A DNA stretch of 43,387 bases from a virus (Duplodnaviria; Caudoviricetes). The position numbers and the translations under genes are program-made. The DNA is taken from IMG/VR virus record IMGVR_UViG_3300010052_000188, positions 1 to 43,387 of that record; one strand, written 5' to 3'. Every line of letters begins with the position of its first letter. Positions within the stretch are counted from its first letter, which is position 1. Below are positions 1-9,132 of this stretch, piece by piece. The notes under the pieces are model-generated. The model worked only from the letters and a program-made list of their open reading frames with translations. It had not been told where the DNA came from and did not search any database.

Positions 1-351
1 ATGACCCGGGCGGAGTGGGTCTGGTACTGGAAGCACCGGTGGCGCGCCAAGCCGGCGCTTGTGACCAAGCCCGTGCAAAAGCACTACGTCTATTTCATCG
101 AATGCGCCGGCTTCGTGAAAGTCGGGGTTTCGTCACGGCCGCAGAAGCGGTTTGTCGGCATCCAGGTATCGAACCCGTTCGATTGCACTCTGATCGGGAC
201 CATCGAGACCCACGCCGACGGCGAGCGGATGATTCACGATTTCATCGAAAAGCACCACCACCGCGGGGAATGGTACCGGCTGACCGACGACCTTCGGGCG
301 CTGATCGCGTACCTCCTGGCGCCAGACACCGCGCCTAAGCCCGGTGCGTAG
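1..351 (+). CDS. GIY-YIG-like (T5orf172/Mug113) protein
   Basis: YVYFI...VKVGVS..P.KR...IQ..NP...E..IH.......RGEWY pattern. Confidence 0.8.
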   Translation: MTRAEWVWYWKHRWRAKPALVTKPVQKHYVYFIECAGFVKVGVSSRPQKRFVGIQVSNPFDCTLIGTIETHADGERMIHDFIEKHHHRGEWYRLTDDLRALIAYLLAPDTAPKPGA

Positions 352-400
352 TGCGGTAAGTGCGTAACCCCGGTTCAACAAAACAGGAAAGGATGAGCGA

Positions 401-547
401 ATGGACAACGACACGACCATCCACATCAGCAGCGGATGGTTGCTCGCGTGGCTGTTCACAATCGGGTTTGCAAAGCTGGGATTTTGGTCTGGCGCGTTGG
501 CGTTTCTGATCTGGCCCTACTACCTCGGCGCAGCGCTCGCGAATTGA
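401..547 (+). CDS. 48-aa membrane protein (MDNDTTIHISSGWLLAWLFTIGF...WPYYLGAALAN)
   Basis: Read by hand; AGGA-rich RBS upstream; two hydrophobic segments; below the ORF-track cutoff. Confidence 0.65.
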   Translation: MDNDTTIHISSGWLLAWLFTIGFAKLGFWSGALAFLIWPYYLGAALAN

Positions 548-566
548 AACATTAAGGAGACACCCT

Positions 567-722
567 ATGACAATGGAACAGCAAGTAGCCGAAGCCGTGG
601 CGCGCGGTTGGTGTCACGAGAAAAACGCGGCCAAGGAGATGGACGTCGATCTCGCCAACGCAATAATTGAGGAAGTCGTCAAGTCGTTCACGCCTGCCCA
701 GCATCCCCACGGCGACCGATGA
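567..722 (+). CDS. 51-aa hypothetical (MTMEQQVAEAVARGWCHEKNAAKEMDVDLA...)
   Basis: AAGGAGA RBS; ATGA overlap with next ORF. Confidence 0.65.
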   Translation: MTMEQQVAEAVARGWCHEKNAAKEMDVDLANAIIEEVVKSFTPAQHPHGDR

Positions 723-862
723 CGCTCGCCACTTTTTTTGAGATCGCGGCCGACAACGCACAGGCGCGAGACCGCGATTGGGATGCCTATTTCCACAGCA
801 TGGATCGCATCTATGCCTGGCAGGAATGGATGGACCGCAGACGAATTGGAATCCCCCAGTAG
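719..862 (+). CDS. 47-aa hypothetical (MTLATFFEIAADNAQARDRDWDAYF...)
   Basis: ATGA translational coupling to previous ORF. Confidence 0.5.
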   Translation: MTLATFFEIAADNAQARDRDWDAYFHSMDRIYAWQEWMDRRRIGIPQ

Positions 863-897
863 CGGTTCAACACACAGGACAAGGAAAAGAGGGACGG

Positions 898-1188
898 ATG
901 CCGCTGATTGAAATACCAAAAGATGCCCGCAAGGGAAAACCACCCTGCGGCGAATGTCATCTCCCCCAGGGCGAGACGTGCGACATCTGTGGAGCGCGCG
1001 AACCAACGGCGGCGCAAATGGCCTATGGCCTACTCTGGCGAGACCACACCGCATCGCCACTCATACACCGGGCGCGCAAGTTGCTGCTGGGGACGCTAAC
1101 CAAGGCCGAACAGCGCGAAGCTATCGAGTGGGTGACGCGCGAAGTCGGACCGACGACAACCGCCGAAGTTCTTCAACTAGATTTCTGA
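898..1188 (+). CDS. Hypothetical with CxxC-x7-CxxC zinc ribbon
   Basis: CGEC...CDIC; GAGGGA RBS before ATG 898. Confidence 0.6.
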   Translation: MPLIEIPKDARKGKPPCGECHLPQGETCDICGAREPTAAQMAYGLLWRDHTASPLIHRARKLLLGTLTKAEQREAIEWVTREVGPTTTAEVLQLDF

Positions 1189-1238
1189 CCCTCATAACCC
1201 CGCAGGAAGGGAACAGACGACTACATAGGAGACGGGAA

Positions 1239-1433
1239 ATGGATGACGCGGTAGCTGCTCTGGCATACGCGCTGTACGACTCAGAAAGCACCGGGCGGCT
1301 CGGTGAAGATCCAGATGCGCAGCCGGAATATTTCGAACGCGCGCGCAAGCTGCTTTACATGGCACAAACATACCGGACGAAACGCGAGCGTGTTGCGATT
1401 GCGCGTGCACTACGCACGCCGATGACAGCCTAA
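1239..1433 (+). CDS. Hypothetical protein
   Basis: AGGAG RBS before ATG 1239. Confidence 0.55.
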   Translation: MDDAVAALAYALYDSESTGRLGEDPDAQPEYFERARKLLYMAQTYRTKRERVAIARALRTPMTA

Positions 1434-1450
1434 GGAAAGGGTGAGGGGAG

Positions 1451-1576
1451 ATGGACGCCAAAATAACTTGGATCACACCTCCGGAATTTGAACGGCTCAT
1501 GCTTGATATGGGCTGGGTGAAGGGCGCGACTGGACTATGGTGGTCTACCTGTAGGCCCATACGTGCAGAACGGTAG
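1451..1576 (+). CDS. 41-aa hypothetical (MDAKITWITPPEFERLMLDMGW...)
   Basis: GAGGGGAG RBS; fills the gap in the + gene array. Confidence 0.45.
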   Translation: MDAKITWITPPEFERLMLDMGWVKGATGLWWSTCRPIRAER

Positions 1577-1585
1577 GAGAAGAAG

Positions 1586-1780
1586 ATGACACTTTACCTT
1601 CGCGTAGAGATCGATCCTGGCACTTCGGAAACGGAAGCTGCGCATGATCTTGCGGATCTAGCTGAGCGGATACGCACGACAGTCGAGGCCAGCCATAACG
1701 GTGTAGTTATGCGAGCGCGTCCGTTTCAACTCGCAAGCGACGTGCTCGCCGCATTTAAGCGCGAACAGCTCAGTGCATGA
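1586..1780 (+). CDS. Hypothetical protein
   Basis: AGGAGA RBS; ORF track 64 aa. Confidence 0.6.
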   Translation: MTLYLRVEIDPGTSETEAAHDLADLAERIRTTVEASHNGVVMRARPFQLASDVLAAFKREQLSA

Positions 1781-1872
1781 GCTTAAGCGTCGCGTTGATC
1801 GTCAGAAAATGAAAATGACCGCCGCCAAGCAGTAGCAGGTCACACGGAACCACTGATTGTTGAGCAGGGGTT

Positions 1873-2196
1873 TCAGCGCATGGACGCGGCGATGTCCCGG
1901 ATTACCGGGAGCGTCTCGGGCGAAACCACCTTGACCACCAAGACCAACAGGATGAGCGCTGGCGGCGTAACGTGGCGGATGAACTCCGTGAGCTGGGATA
2001 GCATAGGCGTGGCCCTCGCGTCGGTCATTCGCGCCGGTAAATCCCGGATGTCCTGACCCATGCGTTCCAACGCCGTTGCCTGCCGAATGTTCAACTCCAC
2101 GAGGTGTTCGACCTGGTCCGTATTGCGGTCCATGGTCGCCTGCAGGTGCCCCACGACTCGGCCAAGCTCGAAGCTGTTGCCGTTCATATCCCCCAT
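1873..2196 (-). CDS. Coiled-coil plus C-terminal TM protein, holin-like candidate
   Basis: Last gene of the lysis cassette; TM PALILLVLVVKVV. Confidence 0.55.
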   Translation of the reverse strand: MGDMNGNSFELGRVVGHLQATMDRNTDQVEHLVELNIRQATALERMGQDIRDLPARMTDARATPMLSQLTEFIRHVTPPALILLVLVVKVVSPETLPVIRDIAASMR

Positions 2197-2220
2197 GTCG
2201 GTGCTCGCTCATCTCACGCC

Positions 2221-2520
2221 TCACGACGTTTTCTGTTCAGGTGGAGACGCGGGCACCTTCTTAGGCGGGTCGTACACGCACGGCGGGGCGAACGCTCTCT
2301 TGCCCCCGGCCGCCGCCTCTTTCCGGGTGTTGTCGGCGCTCCATTCCTTCTGCATCCAGCACGGAGCCTTGTCGTAAACCGGGACCGGCTTCAGAAGCTC
2401 GCTCACCGCCTTGCCGTCACTCAGAGACGGAGTTTGGGTCTCGAACCAGCCCGCGCACCCGCCCAGGCTGGGCAGCGCGAGACAGAGCGTCAGCCTTGCG
2501 AATGTGTTGAGCCGCGGCAT
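2221..2520 (-). CDS. o-spanin (Rz1-like lipoprotein)
   Basis: Signal MPRLNTFARLTLCLALPS-LGGC lipobox; Pro-rich; overlaps the i-spanin in another frame. Confidence 0.8.
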   Translation of the reverse strand: MPRLNTFARLTLCLALPSLGGCAGWFETQTPSLSDGKAVSELLKPVPVYDKAPCWMQKEWSADNTRKEAAAGGKRAFAPPCVYDPPKKVPASPPEQKTS

Positions 2521-2659
2521 TGTCTTTCCTTTCGATCTTTGCGACTGCCTTCTCGGCGCCGCGCTGGCGTTGGTCATACGCAAAGATACCGAGGAAGATG
2601 AGCACCCCGCCGCCGATGAGCGCCGGGAGGATGAGCTTGTCGAGGCCTAGATTGATCAT
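2417..2659 (-). CDS. i-spanin (Rz-like)
   Basis: N-terminal TM (LILPALIGGGVLIFLGIFAY) plus helical periplasmic part; ATGA overlap with endolysin stop. Confidence 0.75.
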   Translation of the reverse strand: MINLGLDKLILPALIGGGVLIFLGIFAYDQRQRGAEKAVAKIERKDNAAAQHIRKADALSRAAQPGRVRGLVRDPNSVSE

Positions 2660-3348
2660 GTCGCCTTCCTCGTGATCTTGGGCACGAGGTACATGGCTGC
2701 GAGGATCCACGCAGCGAGGCCGAGCGTGATGAGCGGGTTGGCCCAGGCCCAGCTTCCGATGTCGGCCAGGGTGGTTCCAGTACCCTTCCAGCCGGTGAGC
2801 CACGAGGTATCGGGCGGGCTCGGCAGTGCGACGGCAGGAGCCGGGTCTGGAACTGGTGTGGAGGCCGGTGCCGAGGCCACCTTCGCGGCCGTACCACCAG
2901 TGGCCACCGCCAGAACCGGCCTGGAGGTGATGACCTTGGACGCGATTTCCGTAGCCTTCGCCGTCAGGCTGATGCCGCTCGCCGGATAGACCCTCTTGTC
3001 GAGCTCGAAGTGCGGCGTGTCCCGCTGCTTCCAATCCCCACCCCAGACAATCGGGATATCGAGCTCTCGTGAAGCCTGCTTCATCGCAGCGGCGATCTTG
3101 GTCAGATCCGGGATGTCGTATTTGAAGTCGTTCGCGTCCACGACGTCGACGGCATGGCCGGTCAAATGCCTACTGTCGAGGGTCCAGCTCTTGCCGGCCG
3201 CCTTGAGCTCCTTCTGGCGCTTGAGGTTGCGAAGGCCCTCCGTCACGACGAATGGCACAGAGCAGATCTCCGCCGCCCGGTGCACAACGCGCACGAGATC
3301 GGCATGGACACCTTCGAGGTTCTTGAGCGATCGTTCGTTCAGGATCAT
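2656..3348 (-). CDS. Endolysin, peptidase M15 (L-Ala-D-Glu type) with Pro-rich linker and C-terminal TM
   Basis: RS..NL.GVH.DL, TEG.R...RQ, SRHLTGHAVD, WGGDW, DTPHFEL. Confidence 0.92.
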   Translation of the reverse strand: MILNERSLKNLEGVHADLVRVVHRAAEICSVPFVVTEGLRNLKRQKELKAAGKSWTLDSRHLTGHAVDVVDANDFKYDIPDLTKIAAAMKQASRELDIPIVWGGDWKQRDTPHFELDKRVYPASGISLTAKATEIASKVITSRPVLAVATGGTAAKVASAPASTPVPDPAPAVALPSPPDTSWLTGWKGTGTTLADIGSWAWANPLITLGLAAWILAAMYLVPKITRKAT

Positions 3349-3387
3349 GGTCTTTCTCTCGCCGTTTTAGACGGGTACGGAGCACGC

Positions 3388-3579
3388 ATGGACGCAGCAA
3401 CACTCGTTCTGATCACGATGCTGGCAGACGGGCGCGAGGCAGAGATGCCTTTGCGGACCTATCCGTCACATACCGAATGCCAAGCTGCAGTCGACAGGGC
3501 CGACAAAGCCGCGACACGGCCCGAGCGCCTTGCCAACAAGCGGCACGAATGCCGACGGCATTACCGGATCAGCCAGTAG
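3388..3579 (+). CDS. 63-aa hypothetical antisense to the late operon
   Basis: GGAG RBS; MDAATLVLITML...YPSHTECQAA...HEC; fills the gap between - genes. Confidence 0.55.
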   Translation: MDAATLVLITMLADGREAEMPLRTYPSHTECQAAVDRADKAATRPERLANKRHECRRHYRISQ

Positions 3580-3874
3580 GCGGGCCAAGCCTGAACGGAA
3601 GTGGGCGGCGCAAGCGTGGCAATGGCGGCCGCGGCGGATCGCTGAACGGGTTGTTGATGATCTCCGGCACCTCAAAGAACGGATCGTTGTACCGGTCGAA
3701 GGGATCGGGACGGCCGGGTCCGATCACGGGCGGGCGCGGGACATCCTCGGCGGGTGGTTCGAGCAGGCCATACCGCTGGAGGATGGACATGGGGTCGTTG
3801 TCCGGCGCGTAGCTGCCCAACAGACCTTGCGGCTGAGCCGGGTCTTTCCGGTAGAGATCGAGCAGGCTCATCAT
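3569..3874 (-). CDS. Pro-rich hypothetical with GLL motifs
   Basis: ORF track; in operon order. Confidence 0.55.
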   Translation of the reverse strand: MMSLLDLYRKDPAQPQGLLGSYAPDNDPMSILQRYGLLEPPAEDVPRPPVIGPGRPDPFDRYNDPFFEVPEIINNPFSDPPRPPLPRLRRPLPFRLGPPTG

Positions 3875-3877
3875 GGC

Positions 3878-4321
3878 TCAGCCCGCCTTTCGTTCGTCCA
3901 AGAGGGTGATGTCGATCTGCTCAATGACGCCAACGCGAGATTGCAGGTCATCAACCACCTGAGCCATGGCCTGGAGAAGGCGTTCCTGCTTGATGAGTTG
4001 CGCGTCCTTTGCAGACACAGTCGAACGCAGCGTTGCGATTTCATCGTTCAGAGGCGCCAGATCGAACGTCTGGCACTGGCACGGGACCAGTTCGGGACTC
4101 GATTGAACCTGCTCCACCGGCCGCTGCTCGAGCGCAGCGATGCGGCCTGACAAAACGTCAAGCACCGGCGCCAAGTCGACCGGTTCAGCAGCCGGCGCCA
4201 CGTACGGCACACCGTGCTCTGCGGCTTCCTGCTCGGCAATGGCGTCGAACGTGACCTCTTCGCCAAGGATGCGATCCGCCAGGCTGCGGACGACAAGCTC
4301 CAGTCGGGCGATGCGCGTCAT
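3878..4321 (-). CDS. Coiled-coil hypothetical virion protein
   Basis: ATGA overlap; heptad pattern. Confidence 0.7.
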   Translation of the reverse strand: MTRIARLELVVRSLADRILGEEVTFDAIAEQEAAEHGVPYVAPAAEPVDLAPVLDVLSGRIAALEQRPVEQVQSSPELVPCQCQTFDLAPLNDEIATLRSTVSAKDAQLIKQERLLQAMAQVVDDLQSRVGVIEQIDITLLDERKAG

Positions 4322-4872
4322 GGCCCGATAAGCCCCTTGATGGTCAGGTCGTCGACCAAGGCCTTAACCCGTTCGGCAAGCTGCGGCAGGGTAACGGAGC
4401 CCGTTGCAAACGTCGTGCGTGTCGCCGTTCCCGTTGGCGCGCCCCACCCGGTGATTGCGACGCTCTCTCCGATCCCGATGCACTCGTAGTAGTCGCCGGC
4501 AGAGTTATAGATCGGGATGATGATCTGGTTGACCGCGATGTCGTTGGCAACCAGGGCATCGCCACCTTGTCGGCGGAGTGGCTTGGCTGCGAGCGCGTTG
4601 ACGGTGAGCGTAGCCGCGCCGGTATTCGCGACGTGCGCCCGCACCATGAACCACATGCCCGCCGCATGCGACGGATACGCCGCGTTGGTCAGAATGCTGT
4701 AAGCCGTACCAGAACCCGTTGTCGCCGTGACGCCGGCTCGATCACGGTGGGCACGCGCCAGCATCCCCTCCAGCGCTCGCCCTCCATTGTTCAGAGTAGG
4801 GATGTACTGCCCTTCTCCAAACCGTGCGGTGTTGTTCGCGTCTTCGACGCTGAGATCGGCTAGTTCGGCCAA
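4318..4872 (-). CDS. Putative tail-fibre/attachment protein
   Basis: NTGAATLTVNAL..K.L.R.GG.AL...DI motif typical of fibre N-terminal domains; C-terminal TRTTFATGSVTLPQLAERVKAL. Confidence 0.65.
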   Translation of the reverse strand: MAELADLSVEDANNTARFGEGQYIPTLNNGGRALEGMLARAHRDRAGVTATTGSGTAYSILTNAAYPSHAAGMWFMVRAHVANTGAATLTVNALAAKPLRRQGGDALVANDIAVNQIIIPIYNSAGDYYECIGIGESVAITGWGAPTGTATRTTFATGSVTLPQLAERVKALVDDLTIKGLIGP

Positions 4873-4884
4873 GGCTGTTCCCCC

Positions 4885-7230
4885 TTATTCGTCTGTCTGT
4901 TGGCCGCCGTAAGCGGAAAAGAATGGCCCGGTCGTCGGGCGGTGCCGTGGCGTGAGACGCTGGTCTACGGCACGCCGCGCCGCCCGGAGACCGGCTGCAT
5001 CGCGCGCGCCACCCGTGTTCGGAATTCTCTTAGCGAGCATCCGATAGAAGCGGCTCATCCACACATTGTGTTTTGAGAACAGTTCGCGATTGGCTTGGGC
5101 CTGAAAGAACGTCTTTGCGATGCCGTCGTTGCCATTGACGATCCCACGGATAACGGACCCGCTCCCAGATGGATTCGGATCCTTGTACGCCGCCTCGCCG
5201 ACTGCCCGCGCGAAGGCCCGCATTTCGCCACGCTCGGCATCGGTAAATAACGTTCGGATGATTGAGTGCTGGCTCGTGAAGGCCTGATCTATATTCTTCC
5301 GCAGCATGGTTGGGCTGAGCGTCGCCCCAGACTTGTCCGTCGTGATCCTCAACCAGTAGGCGAGGCGAATGTCGTTCCAAGTCTCCTTGCCTGCCATGCT
5401 GCCCGATTGCGGAGTAGCCTTATCCAGGATGGTTTTGATACGTGTAAGCGCGTCAACCACTCCTGCCTTCGGGACCGTGTGGGGTCCCGCGGCGCCGAGA
5501 AGGCTGGAGACGACGCGTTCCGGGGTGTCCGCGTCGTCCATGATCTGCGTGATAATCCGCTCAGCCGGAGCCGCACGTCCGTTCGCGTTTCGCGGCTGGA
5601 ACAGGCCCTTCACCTCCCGCGTGATTTCGCGCGCCGCGCTCATCTTTGCGGCAGCGGCCGGGTCACCGTTGATCAGCCCTTTTTCCGCGGCGTCCCACAC
5701 CCAATCGTTGAAGCCGTCGTAGTAGGCCTTTGCCGCTTTCGCATCGGGGGTGCCTGGCGCCGCCGACTTATAGGTGTCGAGCAGCCGGCGGCGCATCTGG
5801 TCGAGCGTTTGGATTGGGGTCTGTTGCACCATCTTCGGGCCGTCTGCGATGATTCCCTTGCCGTCCCGAAATGCCGCAAGCTCCGCGTCCATGCGCATGG
5901 CTGTCGGCGTGATTTGTGAATCGACCCTCATGCTTCCGAGTTGCCCACTGAGAGCGCCCGGCAATTCGTCGAACGCGACAGGCTTAGGCGTGATGTCCGG
6001 CACGTCGTCCCAAGCGGCCCGCTCCTGCGCCTTGAGCGTGTCCCGCGCTTCTGTCAGTCCACCACGGACCGACTGCCCGATGGTTTCGAGGTTCTGCTCG
6101 TGCGGAAGCCGTGTTGGCGCAATCTGCGCGCCGAGCCCGCGGTATTCGTCCATACCGTTGGCGCCCGGCACGATGTGTCCCCGCACCTGATTGGTGATCG
6201 CCTGGGACTGCTCACGGTCCAACTTGCTGATGAGATCCTTCGCGTCAGGGCCAAGCGTGCCAAATCGCGCGTCCTTCTCGGTGAGCAGAAGCTCGGTATC
6301 TTTGGTGCGTTGCCCCTTAGTTGTCGGGATGCCGAAGCGGTTGCTCCGGATCTGCGACAGGACTTCGGCCGGGTCGCGGCCGAATTTCAACGCTTCCGCA
6401 AAAGCCTTTGTTGTTTCCGCATCGAGATCCTTGGGGTTGACGCCTGCCTGATGAGCTGCACGCATGCCGTCCGGCGTCAGGCGCCCTGCATCATCGATAT
6501 ACTGCGTGCCGAAACCGAGGGCCTGCTTGCCCCACTGCAACAGCGGAGATGCAAGTTCGCCGCCAGCGCCGAGCCCGCCCGCAACGGCGGCGCGAGTAAC
6601 GTCAATGCCCTGATCACTTCCCATGTTCGATGCAGCCACGTCCTGCCCGACGCTGACGCCTGCGCCCGTAAGACCCTGCAGGCCCGCTCGAACACCGAGA
6701 TTGGCTCCTCGACCCATGGCGCCGACAAGGCCGCCGCCTAGAAGGTAGGGGGTCGTCGCGTGAGCCGCCCGGTCAACGTCGGCCCAATCCAGGCCCGGGC
6801 GGTTCACATAGGCTTTTGATTCCCCCCCGTCCTTGTTCCGGTACACCATCAGCGGGTAGTCGTTCGCGTCCGCTTCCCGGCGCACAAACGAGTCTCCGAG
6901 CTGCTGTTGCAGGACGTCGGCGTAGGCCGCATCCGAGACCGCGGCGGTGCGGGCGCCTGCGTTACCTTCGAGCAGACGACCCTTGGCTTGCGGCGTCAGG
7001 TCAGGCGCATTGAAAAGCGCGGGCGCATTTGCGTACGCCGGGTCCTGCTTGCCCCGCACCATGTCGACAGCGCCCTGCGCCATATTGCGCAGCCATCCGC
7101 CGCCGCGATGGCCTCGGATTTCATCAAGGCTCACGCCTTCCGACTGGATATAGCCATCGATGTCACCCTCGGGGGCTCCGAGGTGCGCCATCCTTTCGAC
7201 GTTGCGCTTGATGCGGTCGAGGTCAGCCAT
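4885..7230 (-). CDS. DNA ejection/transfer internal virion protein (large)
   Basis: 781 aa; Gly/Ala-rich hydrophobic segments; third of three ejection-type genes. Confidence 0.7.
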   Translation of the reverse strand: MADLDRIKRNVERMAHLGAPEGDIDGYIQSEGVSLDEIRGHRGGGWLRNMAQGAVDMVRGKQDPAYANAPALFNAPDLTPQAKGRLLEGNAGARTAAVSDAAYADVLQQQLGDSFVRREADANDYPLMVYRNKDGGESKAYVNRPGLDWADVDRAAHATTPYLLGGGLVGAMGRGANLGVRAGLQGLTGAGVSVGQDVAASNMGSDQGIDVTRAAVAGGLGAGGELASPLLQWGKQALGFGTQYIDDAGRLTPDGMRAAHQAGVNPKDLDAETTKAFAEALKFGRDPAEVLSQIRSNRFGIPTTKGQRTKDTELLLTEKDARFGTLGPDAKDLISKLDREQSQAITNQVRGHIVPGANGMDEYRGLGAQIAPTRLPHEQNLETIGQSVRGGLTEARDTLKAQERAAWDDVPDITPKPVAFDELPGALSGQLGSMRVDSQITPTAMRMDAELAAFRDGKGIIADGPKMVQQTPIQTLDQMRRRLLDTYKSAAPGTPDAKAAKAYYDGFNDWVWDAAEKGLINGDPAAAAKMSAAREITREVKGLFQPRNANGRAAPAERIITQIMDDADTPERVVSSLLGAAGPHTVPKAGVVDALTRIKTILDKATPQSGSMAGKETWNDIRLAYWLRITTDKSGATLSPTMLRKNIDQAFTSQHSIIRTLFTDAERGEMRAFARAVGEAAYKDPNPSGSGSVIRGIVNGNDGIAKTFFQAQANRELFSKHNVWMSRFYRMLAKRIPNTGGARDAAGLRAARRAVDQRLTPRHRPTTGPFFSAYGGQQTDE

Positions 7231-8294
7231 CAGCGTTCAAGCCCATATTTTTGAATCAGCGCATTGGGAACGCCTGCTGTAGGCGCCCGAGGCGGAGCCT
7301 GTGCTTGCGATTGCAGCGACTGGGACAGCCGACTCATCTCTGCGCCCCATTTTGAATCGATGGAGGAGACGGCCCCGTAAACGTCGGGGGTTAGGCGTCC
7401 GCCGTTGCGCGCCGCGAATTGTCGAACTGCCGCCGAGCGCTCGATCTGCCACTGTTTTTGCGCCATGCCGAGTTCTACTACGCGACGCGCGCCCTCCGGC
7501 GAGGACGTAAGGTTGGCCGGCAAGCTCATGAGGAATTCGCGGTCCGCGTTCGACATCGGTCCCGGAAGATTGTCCTTCAGGCTGAGCGCGATCTTCGCGG
7601 CCGTCCGTTGCACGATCTCGCCCTCGGGCACGCCCTTCACGTCGACGCCGAACAGAGTTTGGACAGCCTTCTTGACGGCCTGGACTTGGTTGCCACCGGT
7701 GCCGAGGTAGACGTTCGGATTCTCCAGAGCGCCCTTCATGACGCCAAGGTCGGCCAATCCTTCGGCCGCGCCGGACGATGCCTTTTGGCTTTCGACAAAT
7801 TCCTTTGCCAGCAGGCCGCCCATCTCTTTGTCGTAGGCACCTTCCTGTTTCATATCGATGTTCGTTGTCTGCGCCCCAGCCTTCTTGAGGCCGGTCAGGT
7901 AATCCAAGAACGTGCCCTGGAAACCTTGCGACTGCGCAAGCGAATACTCCCGCTGATCGTCGGTCGGGTTGGCCTTCTCGGGAAACTGCTGTTTCAGCAT
8001 GAGGGGAAGCGCAGCGGGGCCGGCCGCTTCAAGCAAGCCCCGCTGTTGGGGCGTGTAGCCGCCAACGTCGAGGAGCCCTCCGATAGCCTGCTTCTGCTGC
8101 TGCTCCATCGCGCGCTGACGGCGCTCATCCTGGAACCCTTGTCCCATTTGCATGCCCCGGAATGCACCGCCCATGCCCTCACCGGACAGCAGAGCGGCGC
8201 CGCCTAGGAACATCGGGTTCATCACGCCTTGCTGCAGGGCTCCGAACAGGCCCTGGGGTTCGTCGTCGTAGCCGCCGAGAAGTCCGCGTTTCAT
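7230..8294 (-). CDS. DNA ejection protein (middle)
   Basis: GLL-rich N-terminus; PTDDQREY; G.MSNADREFL motif. Confidence 0.7.
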   Translation of the reverse strand: MKRGLLGGYDDEPQGLFGALQQGVMNPMFLGGAALLSGEGMGGAFRGMQMGQGFQDERRQRAMEQQQKQAIGGLLDVGGYTPQQRGLLEAAGPAALPLMLKQQFPEKANPTDDQREYSLAQSQGFQGTFLDYLTGLKKAGAQTTNIDMKQEGAYDKEMGGLLAKEFVESQKASSGAAEGLADLGVMKGALENPNVYLGTGGNQVQAVKKAVQTLFGVDVKGVPEGEIVQRTAAKIALSLKDNLPGPMSNADREFLMSLPANLTSSPEGARRVVELGMAQKQWQIERSAAVRQFAARNGGRLTPDVYGAVSSIDSKWGAEMSRLSQSLQSQAQAPPRAPTAGVPNALIQKYGLER

Positions 8295-8297
8295 GTG

Positions 8298-9131
8298 TCA
8301 GCCCCCCTGTTGCACCCACGGCGTCCACGATGAGCCGTAGGACCACGGCGCGCCCTGAGCGGTGTTCGACATTCCCTGTCCGAACAGCCCCAGCCCCGGC
8401 ATGCCGCTCATGGCCCCGAGCCCCATCATTCCCGCACCCAGGATCTGAGAGCCCATGCTCGGCTGCGAGCTCGTCGTCGTCGTGCCGTTCGTCGTGCCCT
8501 GAGATGACCCGCCCATGTTCCCGTAGCCCTGGAGCAGACCGCCGGTTTCGAGGTAGGGCCGCAGACCCGCCATGCGCTGGTCTTCCCACTGACCTCGGTT
8601 GAACGCGTCCTCGTATTGACCGGCCCGGAGCGTCTGCTCTCCCGCCATGGCGTCGATCCCGGGCAGCAAGCCGGCCGCCTGGCCCTGCGCCGCCCGCTCA
8701 TTCTGGTATTGCTGATACCGCGGCGCTGCGAGGCCCTGCGTCAGCCCCTTCATCAGCATTCCTTGGTGCATGGTGGAATTGCCCATGCCCGCACTCGAGA
8801 AGGCCGAGTTGATCCCCGGCATGACCGACGCCCGGATGCTTTCGTCCAGAGCGGCCTGGTGCGGGTTTTCGGCGTTGAGATACTTTCCGCCCATAACGTC
8901 CTGGAGGTAGGCGCTGGACGCCTTTGCGCCCTGCGCGCCGCCGAGCATGTCCAAGCCCTGCTGAGTGCGATCCGACATGCCGCCGGTGTAGGCCTGCGAC
9001 GACATCGGGTTGTTCAGCCAGTCCTGCACGCCGCCGATGGAGTCGTTGATCAGTCCCTTGGCTGGTGCGTAGGGGTCGCGCGCCTGATACGTGCTCTGGT
9101 TCGTGCTCTGCGTCTGCTTGGTCTTGCCCAT
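8298..9131 (-). CDS. DNA ejection/pilot protein (small)
   Basis: MGKTKQTQST start; Q/G/A-rich; C-terminal Gly-rich hydrophobic segment. Confidence 0.7.
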   Translation of the reverse strand: MGKTKQTQSTNQSTYQARDPYAPAKGLINDSIGGVQDWLNNPMSSQAYTGGMSDRTQQGLDMLGGAQGAKASSAYLQDVMGGKYLNAENPHQAALDESIRASVMPGINSAFSSAGMGNSTMHQGMLMKGLTQGLAAPRYQQYQNERAAQGQAAGLLPGIDAMAGEQTLRAGQYEDAFNRGQWEDQRMAGLRPYLETGGLLQGYGNMGGSSQGTTNGTTTTSSQPSMGSQILGAGMMGLGAMSGMPGLGLFGQGMSNTAQGAPWSYGSSWTPWVQQGG

Positions 9132-9132
9132 T

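Noticed and set aside
363-379. Sixth repressor operator (CGTAAC...)
   Set aside because: Only the left half-site matches
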